Source of the DNA: an uncultured Atopobium sp.
GTDB taxonomy: Bacteria; Actinomycetota; Coriobacteriia; Coriobacteriales; Atopobiaceae
Reading direction: 5' to 3'
NCBI GenBank assembly: GCA_963542025.1
Contig: CAUTUQ010000008.1
Span: 38,460 to 62,459, forward strand
Length of the DNA: 24,000 bases
How positions within the stretch are numbered: position 1 is the first letter of the stretch; each line of letters begins with the position of its first letter. A model generated the notes under the pieces. That model was not told the DNA's origin, did no database searches, and saw nothing but the letters and a program-made list of their open reading frames with translations. A program made the translations under genes and the position numbers. This document shows, in pieces, positions 9,669 through 16,063 of the stretch.

Positions 9669-9799
9669 AACACACCTATGTCAGATAATCTGCACAATTG
9701 CGGCCATATTACACATCAAATGAAGATAATCTGCACGTTTTAGCTATTTTCGGCGTCATGTATACGTCTTTTTGACAGATTATCTGTCATAGGTGTGTT
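9669..9799. repeat. 131 bp element bounded by 24 bp inverted repeats (MITE-like or long RNA stem)
   Basis: The left arm aacacacctatgtcagataatctg (9669-9692) matches the reverse complement of the right arm cagattatctgtcataggtgtgtt (9776-9799) at 23/24 positions. The element contains three (c)AGATaATCT(g) palindromes (9682-9692, 9724-9732, 9774-9788). Confidence 0.55.
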
Positions 9800-9801
9800 T
9801 T

Positions 9802-9845
9802 GAACTGCTTTCTATTTCTCGTGTCCAAGAAATGGGAGGCAGTTC
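9802..9845 (+). other. Hairpin copy 2 (18 bp stem), paralogous to 9396-9439
   Basis: gaactgctttctatttct-cgtgtcca-agaaatgggaggcagttc pairs fully as plus-strand RNA if three T:G positions are G.U wobbles. The minus-strand transcript would carry C/A mismatches instead. It shares the 5' flank gttttgaactg with copy 1. Confidence 0.45.
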
Positions 9846-10074
9846 ATTTGACGTGGGGGCTTTTCTATCTTGCGGCAGCTTGACCGCGAGTTGACCGCTG
9901 GTTGGCCGCAGTCCGATCACAACCTGATCGCAGCCCGAAATCGTTCAAGAAAATTGTCTCAAAAAGTGGACAAAAGTCCTTATTTTTATTTTTGCTAGCA
10001 GGTACAATTACTCAAACTTAAGCCGAAACTGTCCTGTAAAGAGGACTTACGAAACAAGAACAGCGAGGTCTCGT

Positions 10075-10806
10075 GTGAACGTCCTAACCTACCTTGATAG
10101 TCTTGATTCTGACGTTCGCAAGAAGATCATCAAATGGGCTTCTCGCGTTCCTGCTAATCGTCTTTCTCACTGTAGGCAGATTCGTCTTAATTCCGGGCAG
10201 ACTCTTGTCCACATGCTGGACCGCGTTGATAACGTGTACATTCTGTGCCGCGGTACCGTGCGTACTACGTCGCATAATTCCGCAGGCAGCACGTATGTTA
10301 TTGACGAGTATCGTGCGCCCGTTGCTTTTGGTGAGATGGAAGTTATCAGCGAGAGCCCGTTTTACCTGGGATCGCTCACCGCAACTTCCGGCTGCGAGTT
10401 TATTTCGGTTCCACGCGAGGACTACCTGCAGTGGATTCGTTCGGACCCTGAGGCACTTCTCACCCGCTCACGCTGGATTATCAAAAATCTGACGCGTCAG
10501 TCCGGCTACGAGCGCAGCCTGCTGACCTGGAGCGGAACCAAGCGCCTGATGTACATGCTTAGCGAGCTGACGCGCGATCAGATTCATCGCGGCGTTGTTG
10601 AGTGGCCGTTTACGGTACGTCTGACCAGGCAAGAGCTGGCAGACAAGATTGGTACCAGCACAAAGACTGTTGCCCGCGGCATCGACGAGCTTAAGGAGAG
10701 GGGCATGGTTTCTGTTCAGCACGGCAAGATTGTCATTACCGAGAGGCAGTTCCAGCGTCTCGACGACGCAATGAAACACGAGGGAGAATCCCACCTTCTG
10801 GACTAA
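10075..10806 (+). CDS. Crp/Fnr-family transcriptional regulator (cNMP-binding-like domain plus C-terminal HTH), without an FNR-type Cys cluster
   Basis: 243 aa. The beta-roll region contains FGEMEVI, and the C-terminal HTH is LTRQELADKIGTSTKTVARGIDELKERGMV. GTG start with GAGG 6 nt upstream. Confidence 0.85.
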   Translation: MNVLTYLDSLDSDVRKKIIKWASRVPANRLSHCRQIRLNSGQTLVHMLDRVDNVYILCRGTVRTTSHNSAGSTYVIDEYRAPVAFGEMEVISESPFYLGSLTATSGCEFISVPREDYLQWIRSDPEALLTRSRWIIKNLTRQSGYERSLLTWSGTKRLMYMLSELTRDQIHRGVVEWPFTVRLTRQELADKIGTSTKTVARGIDELKERGMVSVQHGKIVITERQFQRLDDAMKHEGESHLLD

Positions 10807-10971
10807 TCTCTGTACCTGGCACAACACTTGGGCAAGACCGTTCTTCTCGCCCCGAGCGTTGCGCATCTCACCTGGCATGACGCGCTTCTCGCGCCACGCC
10901 GCATCTGGAACGACCGACGTACCCGTCGTAATCACAACCCTGTTTTTGCAGGATAAACGTAAGGAGCACTA

Positions 10972-12474
10972 ATGAGCGAGTTCATGGACATCATCACTTC
11001 CGACAACCTCTCGTACAAGCAGAAGGTTCTGCACCTGGCTCAGGCTGCCGAGAACTCCGAGCATCCTATCAAGACGACCGCTGAGTTTGACCGTCTTTTT
11101 GCAGCTCACGCACTTGACGACATGTGTGAGGGCAACGCTCCTTACCGTCCTCGCTACATCTGCCCTGACTACCAGGTATTTGCTCAGAACGGCTCCGAGT
11201 TTTTGCGCTTTGACAAGCCAGAGACCCTTGATGACCTGCTCTGGGGCCTCGCCGCTCTTTACGACAACGTTCCTTCAGTCACCAGCCGCCCTGTCTACGT
11301 TGGCCAGCTGGACAAGATTATTGATCCGTTCCTAGAGGGCATGACTGACGCAGAGATTAAACCTCGTCTGCGCCGCTTCCTGAACCACATCGACCGCACC
11401 GTTGCGAGCGGTTACTGCCACGCAAACATTGGTCCAGAGGACACTCGCGCAGGTAGACTGCTGCTTGAGGTTGACCGCGAGCTCATGAACGCTGTTCCAA
11501 ACTTCACCCTCAAGTACGACCCAGAGGTCACTTCCGACGAGTTCATGCGCCTGGCAGTCAAGACCACCATGGTCTGCTCCAACCCTGCTTTTGCTAACCA
11601 CCGCATCCACAAAGAGACCTACCCTGGCGAGTACACCGTCGTAAGCTGCTACAACGTCCTTCCTATGGGCGGCGGCGCTTACACTTTGAGCCGCGTGCTT
11701 CTCCCTGGCCTGGCAAAGCTTGCAACCAACGTTGACGACTTCATGAACAACCTGCTGCCAACCGCAACCGGCGAGGTTCTGAACTTCATGAATGAGCGCG
11801 TCCGCTTTATTGTTGAGGATTCCAACTTCTTTGAGACCAGCTTCCTGGCTAAAGAAGGCCTCATTTCTCGCGAGCGTTTCTGCGGCATGTTTGGTGTTGC
11901 TGGCATGAGCGAGTGCGTCGCTGAGCTGCTGCACCTTGATAGCAGCCGCACCTACGGCAAGGATGACGAGGCTAACGAGCTAGCCGACCAGATCATGGTC
12001 AAGATTGCCGACCAGGTCAACAGCTTTGACGCCGTCTACTCCGAGGTCTTTGGCGGCCGCTTCACCCTACACGCACAGGCTGGTTTCTCCGACCAGCAGG
12101 GCGTTACCCCTGGTGTCCGCATCAAGGTTGGCGACGAACCCGCAAACCTCTACGACCACATTCGCCACAGCGCACGCATGCACCGCTTCTTCAACAGCGG
12201 CGTCTCCGACATCTTCCCAGCTGAGCCAACTGCTGAGCGCAACCCAGACGCTGTCGTTGACGTGGTCAAGGCCGCATTCTCCATCGACGACAAGTACCTC
12301 TCGTTCTATAGCTCCGAGGGTGACCTGGTCCGCATCACAGGCTTCTTGGCTAAGCGTTCCGAGATGAAGAAGTTCCAGTCCGGAGACGTTGTTCTTCAGG
12401 ACACCGCTCACGACGGCCTGGGCAACTTCACCGCTAACCACCTTGCCGACCGCAAGGTTCGCATGAGCGACTAG
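10972..12474 (+). CDS. yjjI: YjjI-family (DUF3029) short glycyl radical enzyme, substrate unknown
   Basis: 500 aa. The C-terminal DLVRITGFLAKR matches the glycyl-radical fingerprint R-[VI]-x-G-[FWY] (Gly457, nt 12340-12342). Length and overall sequence recall E. coli YjjI (about 500 aa) rather than the ~800 aa PFL-type enzymes. A YjjW-type activase gene follows 19 nt downstream. RBS AAGGAG lies 5 nt upstream. Confidence 0.8.
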   Translation: MSEFMDIITSDNLSYKQKVLHLAQAAENSEHPIKTTAEFDRLFAAHALDDMCEGNAPYRPRYICPDYQVFAQNGSEFLRFDKPETLDDLLWGLAALYDNVPSVTSRPVYVGQLDKIIDPFLEGMTDAEIKPRLRRFLNHIDRTVASGYCHANIGPEDTRAGRLLLEVDRELMNAVPNFTLKYDPEVTSDEFMRLAVKTTMVCSNPAFANHRIHKETYPGEYTVVSCYNVLPMGGGAYTLSRVLLPGLAKLATNVDDFMNNLLPTATGEVLNFMNERVRFIVEDSNFFETSFLAKEGLISRERFCGMFGVAGMSECVAELLHLDSSRTYGKDDEANELADQIMVKIADQVNSFDAVYSEVFGGRFTLHAQAGFSDQQGVTPGVRIKVGDEPANLYDHIRHSARMHRFFNSGVSDIFPAEPTAERNPDAVVDVVKAAFSIDDKYLSFYSSEGDLVRITGFLAKRSEMKKFQSGDVVLQDTAHDGLGNFTANHLADRKVRMSD

Positions 12475-12493
12475 CGAGAAGAGCTGCGCAATC

Positions 12494-13453
12494 GTGACCT
12501 TCACTGCAACAGAAACAACTTTGGGAGCAGCACGCGCCGAAGCGTCGCGTCCCACAACCGCGAGCACCGCGGCAACGAGCGACGCGGCAACCAATTCAGG
12601 AGCAGCACATCCTACCGGGTGTGTTGCTCCTGTCAATAAGATCATTCCCTTCTCGCTGGTAGATGGCCCAGGAAGCCGAACCGCCGTCTTCCTCCAAGGC
12701 TGCAACATTCGCTGTGCCTACTGCCACAACCCCGAGACCCAGGTAGAGTGCATCTCCTGCCAGGCGTGCGTCAAACCATGCCCAGCTCACGCCCTGTCTG
12801 TGGCTGACGGAAAAGTTGTGTGGGACAACTCCATCTGCATCAACTGCGACAACTGCATCAAGGTGTGCCAGCACAAGTCCACGCCAAAGATTGAGCTGCT
12901 CAGCGCGCGCGAGGTGGCCGACCGCTGCATTTCCAACATGCCGTTCATCCGCGGAATCACCACGTCAGGCGGCGAATGCATGCTCCGTCCCGACTTCCTC
13001 TACGAACTCTTCAGCTACTGCAACGCGGCCGGCCTGAGCTGCCTCATCGACTCAAACGGCACCATCGACTTCACCGAGTACCGCGACCTGCTGGCCCTCT
13101 CGAGCGGCGTCATGCTTGACGTTAAAGCCTGGGACGATCAGTGGTTTGAGCATCTGACCGGCGAAAATGGCGTCACGGTTCGCAAAAATCTTGCATTTTT
13201 GGCCGAGCAAAACAAGCTGGAAGAGGTTCGCGTCATCGTGACCGAAGGCTGGAACGACGCCGAAGCCGCAGTTGACGGCATTGCCGCAACCCTTGGCGAG
13301 AAGGTCGGTCACACGCGCATTCGCCTCATGAAGTTCAGGCGTTTTGGCGTGCGCGGACCGATGGAGAACTCTCCTTCTCCAAGCGACGAGCGCATGCAAG
13401 CGATTGAGTCGCAGGCTCGCAACCTGGGCTTTGGCGAGGTTGTCGTCAGCTAG
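12494..13453 (+). CDS. yjjW: Glycyl-radical enzyme activating protein (radical SAM, YjjW type) with a ferredoxin-like insert
   Basis: GCNIRCAYCHNPE is the CX3CX2C radical SAM motif (C70/C74/C77). Two CX2CX2CX3C motifs follow (CISCQACVKPC and CINCDNCIKVC), then GGECMLRPDF. Start is uncertain: the only in-frame options upstream of the conserved core are GTG 12494 and TTG 12521, leaving a ~35-45 aa Ala/Thr-rich extension. Confidence 0.88.
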   Translation: MTFTATETTLGAARAEASRPTTASTAATSDAATNSGAAHPTGCVAPVNKIIPFSLVDGPGSRTAVFLQGCNIRCAYCHNPETQVECISCQACVKPCPAHALSVADGKVVWDNSICINCDNCIKVCQHKSTPKIELLSAREVADRCISNMPFIRGITTSGGECMLRPDFLYELFSYCNAAGLSCLIDSNGTIDFTEYRDLLALSSGVMLDVKAWDDQWFEHLTGENGVTVRKNLAFLAEQNKLEEVRVIVTEGWNDAEAAVDGIAATLGEKVGHTRIRLMKFRRFGVRGPMENSPSPSDERMQAIESQARNLGFGEVVVS

Positions 13454-13484
13454 TCGCCGCGGCGTCGCGGACCACGACTCACAC

Positions 13485-13498
13485 GGGTTTCTCGCCAG
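13485..13498 (-). repeat. Copy 2 of the dispersed motif CTGGCGAGAAACCC (inverted on the plus strand)
   Basis: The plus strand reads gggtttctcgccag. It lies 32 nt after the yjjW stop and shares the extended context gggcac..aaaagc..tggcgagaaaccc with the 3.6 kb copy. Confidence 0.7.
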
Positions 13499-13526
13499 CT
13501 TTTGTGCCCTTTTCACTGCAACAAAT

Positions 13527-13566
13527 AACGACCTCGCAGCACATGCCACGAGGTCGTTTTCATTTT
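13527..13566 (+). terminator. Rho-independent terminator candidate for yjjI-yjjW
   Basis: aacgacctcg-(12 nt loop)-cgaggtcgtt is followed by ttcatttta. The stem is a perfect 10 bp. Confidence 0.6.
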
Positions 13567-13591
13567 ATCTATCAATGAGGTGCCAGCTGGC

Positions 13592-13680
13592 AAACTCCAG
13601 TTCAGTGGACTACCGGCCTGAAAACCCCAGTTCAGTGGACTATCGGTCCAGTAAACTCCAGTTCAGCGAGTTACTCGGTG
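13592..13680. repeat. Tandem repeat of about 30 bp x3 (aaaMYccagttcagtggactaYcgg...) in the yjjW/deoC convergent spacer
   Basis: The units are 13592-13620, 13621-13652 and 13653-13680. The third, more degenerate unit runs into the deoC stop codon and its last codons. Confidence 0.65.
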
Positions 13681-14312
13681 ACGATAGCGATTCCGCTGGA
13701 GCAGCCCAGGCGGTCGGCGCCCGCTGCGACCATTGCCTCAGCATCAGCCTTATTGTGGATGCCGCCAGCAGCCTTGACCTTGCAAGTGTCGCCGACAGTC
13801 TGCTTCATCAGAGCGACATCGTGAACAGTTGCGCCGCCGGTGCTAAAGCCAGTACTTGTCTTGACAAACGCAGCTCCGGCAGCCATGCAATCCTTACAGG
13901 CACGAACGATCTGCTCGTCATCAAGCAGGCAGCACTCCAGGATTACCTTAACGGGCACGGTACCAGCAGCCTCAACAACAGCCTTGATATCAGCGATTAC
14001 GTAGTCGTCGTCGCCCGCGACCAGGTGGCCGCCGTTGATGACCATGTCAATCTCGGTGGTGCCGTCGGCAACACTCTGCTTGGCCTCGGCGACCTTAGCT
14101 GCAGTTGAAGCAGCGCCCAGAGGGAAACCGATGCAGGAAGTAATGCCAACTCCGGAGCCCTCGAGCTCGGCGTGGGCCAGGGAAACCCAGCAAGAATTGA
14201 TAGCGACGGTTGCAAACTTATACTGCTTTGCCTCGGCGCAAAGTTTCTTGATGTCCTCAGCGGTTGCGTTTTGCTTCAAGTTTGTATGGTCGATAAGGCC
14301 GTTGACTTCCAC
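13671..14312 (-). CDS. deoC: Deoxyribose-phosphate aldolase
   Basis: IDHTNLK, FVKTSTGF (Schiff-base Lys region) and VKAAGGI are DeoC hallmarks. I trimmed the track ORF (14414) to GTG at 14312, which has GAAGGAG 6 nt upstream. This gives 213 aa, the usual DeoC length. Confidence 0.9.
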   Translation of the reverse strand: MEVNGLIDHTNLKQNATAEDIKKLCAEAKQYKFATVAINSCWVSLAHAELEGSGVGITSCIGFPLGAASTAAKVAEAKQSVADGTTEIDMVINGGHLVAGDDDYVIADIKAVVEAAGTVPVKVILECCLLDDEQIVRACKDCMAAGAAFVKTSTGFSTGGATVHDVALMKQTVGDTCKVKAAGGIHNKADAEAMVAAGADRLGCSSGIAIVTE

Positions 14313-14467
14313 GATTTTCTCCTTCTGACTGTACGTTATGAGTGGTTTGTGCCCTCTATTGTACGGCAAGCACACCGCAAAAGATGCGGCTACCTGGTTT
14401 TTGCTATCCAGCATAACTGTCTGGCTGAAATACTTAGATTAGCTAACTGGTATAACTACCTGCCGAG

Positions 14468-15496
14468 TTACCTGGCTTTGAATAGTCGCATCCACAGTGC
14501 TTGTTGACGATCTTCAAGATCAGAAATAGTTGTGTCACGTGCGACTATTCCTGTAGACTCTCGAATCTGACGAACCAAACCTTGAACACTTGAGAAACTT
14601 TTTAACATCTCTCCAGAAACCGAAAAATGTGGACATTGCACGCCCGTTACCAGCTCGTTTTCTCGATCCAAATCTCGCATGACTCTTTGGCCGCCAGCGT
14701 GCGTTACCGCTGGATCAGAATCTAGCAGCACCGTCGCTTGCTTCTTTCTTTTGTCCTTGAGCTGAATGGTTAAGTCAGGAATTCGAGTGATTTTCTCGCC
14801 ATATCGATTTTCCAGCTCGATTGGCCTATTGAGTTCGACAGTTCCTAGGTTAAATCCACCAAGGTTATACGGGAGGCACAATAACAGCGCAAGCGAAGCT
14901 TCTCGGGGCGACCGAGCTTTCTCTACGATGTGCTGAAGTGCTCGTTTAGCTGGGATGATGCCGCGCTTTCTTCCTTGCGTGGAAAGAAACTTTGCAATCG
15001 CAGCGCGATTTGTTAGAGGGCCATTTTGGCGTTGCGAAACTCCACCATGGCCATCCTGATTCAAAAAATAATCGGAACACAGGGCACTACCTGCAAGGAT
15101 TGTTCCAATAAAATCAAGCTTTGAAGCAATCTGCAAATAAGTGAATTCCGGAGAGGTAATAAATCCCTTTAAGTCAGCACCTATAGGTAGAAGCGATGAT
15201 GGCGGAACCTTTGAATTACAGATATGAAGCGCAACATTTTCTCTTGTAGACGCGGAATTCAAATCACGGATTAGCAGGTCAACCTTGCTATTAGGCTCCT
15301 GGTGAAGACGCACACCTTGTATCTCTGGTAGGTGTCCATAGTAGACGGCAAGCTCTCGTTCCATGGCTGCACCAGGTGTAGACTCTGGAACAAGTGGCGC
15401 TCTGACCATACCATTTGCTGCCGCCGACGAATCAAATGGCCTAGAGGAACTCATCAATAAATTAAACGCTGAAAAGTACGAAAGACAGTAATCCAT
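14468..15496 (-). CDS. Hypothetical protein; the C-terminal half resembles DUF559/Vsr-like (PD-(D/E)xK fold) endonuclease-domain proteins
   Basis: 342 aa, with visibly lower GC than its neighbours. Pattern SPREASLALLL..P....G......(RIPDL)....(VLLDSD)...H......D.DRENEL...G parallels the DUF559 layout S-x-x-E...R-x-D...E-x-D-G...H...D-x-x-R...L. The acidic core is altered, so it may be inactive. RBS GAAGGAG lies 4 nt upstream of ATG 15496. Confidence 0.5.
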   Translation of the reverse strand: MDYCLSYFSAFNLLMSSSRPFDSSAAANGMVRAPLVPESTPGAAMERELAVYYGHLPEIQGVRLHQEPNSKVDLLIRDLNSASTRENVALHICNSKVPPSSLLPIGADLKGFITSPEFTYLQIASKLDFIGTILAGSALCSDYFLNQDGHGGVSQRQNGPLTNRAAIAKFLSTQGRKRGIIPAKRALQHIVEKARSPREASLALLLCLPYNLGGFNLGTVELNRPIELENRYGEKITRIPDLTIQLKDKRKKQATVLLDSDPAVTHAGGQRVMRDLDRENELVTGVQCPHFSVSGEMLKSFSSVQGLVRQIRESTGIVARDTTISDLEDRQQALWMRLFKAR

Positions 15497-15722
15497 AGCA
15501 CTCCTTCGCGAAAAAGTATGAATTCCATACCCGGAAATAGCTCAAGTAATCTGACCGATTTGAAATCACATAGGAAATCTGTGTAAGATTTGTTGTTCTG
15601 GCGTCCTCCCGGAGGCTTGCCGTGCAATTTCACTGTCCTATTTCAAAATTCTGAATATTTACACTATTAAATTCATTTCTATGAATACATAATTTTCGAG
15701 CTCAAAATTATGTGCCGAAAAA

Positions 15723-15870
15723 GGTAAAAAACCCGTTTAGTTGGAAATGAAAATTGAAATTTAGCTGTTTTATCTCCAACTAAGACGATTTTTTACCGCG
15801 CCAAAAACTTTTATCTGGGCAAACGTTATATGCAGAAAAATGAAATTTCCAACTAAACGCATTTTTTACC
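15723..15870. repeat. MITE-like 148 bp unit bounded by 26 bp inverted repeats, with a third internal copy
   Basis: Copy A ggtaaaaaacccgtttagttggaaat (15723-15748) matches the reverse complement of copy C atttccaactaaacgcattttttacc (15845-15870) at 24/26 positions. Direct copy B is tctccaactaagacgattttttacc (15773-15797). It lies in an AT-rich ORF-poor stretch. Confidence 0.45.
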
Positions 15871-16001
15871 ACTTTGGCGTAACTCGAAGCGCTTTTGGCA
15901 CCGAAGCGTCCATCCTCGTCTGCGAACACGCCTATCCTCGCACGTCTGCGCCCGCGCTCGCACCCGCCCACACCTGTGCGCCCATCCGCGCACCCGCGCA
16001 C

Positions 16002-16036
16002 AAAAAAGCCTGGTAGCGGAACGCTACCAGGCTTTT
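16002..16036 (-). terminator. Rho-independent (bidirectional-looking) terminator downstream of the alcohol dehydrogenase gene
   Basis: aaaaaa-gcctggtagcg-gaa-cgctaccaggc-tttt gives a perfect 11-12 bp GC-rich stem. It is flanked by an A-run and a T-run and lies 28 nt after the stop at 16064. Confidence 0.8.
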
Positions 16037-16063
16037 AGCGAAGCTAAGTCTCTAAGCTAGATC

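Noticed and set aside
9678-9743. 21-codon mini-ORF (MSDNLHNCGHITHQMKIICTF) as a real leader peptide or small toxin gene.
   Set aside because: It is kept only as a note within a finding. It lies inside an inverted-repeat element, and its internal 13-mer DNA repeat is read in two different frames. No hydrophobic toxin-like segment is present, so the evidence is too weak to call a CDS.
10075-10806. Oxygen-sensing FNR proper as the identity of the Crp-family regulator next to the anaerobic GRE.
   Set aside because: The N-terminus lacks the CX2CX5C Fe-S ligand cluster of FNR. I call only generic Crp/Fnr family membership.
10807-10971. A riboswitch or canonical CRP/FNR box in the 165 nt leader of yjjI.
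   Set aside because: I could not recognise any known riboswitch core or a TGTGA-N6-TCACA / TTGAT-N4-ATCAA dyad by eye. The region is GC-rich and may simply be read through from the regulator gene. A covariance-model scan is needed before any claim.
13592-13680. Tandem repeats here and at 8293-8341 and 17437-17500, considered as mini-CRISPR arrays.
   Set aside because: The units are contiguous or separated by only a few bases with no unique spacers. There are only 3 copies, no cas genes and no leader, so these are simple tandem repeats.
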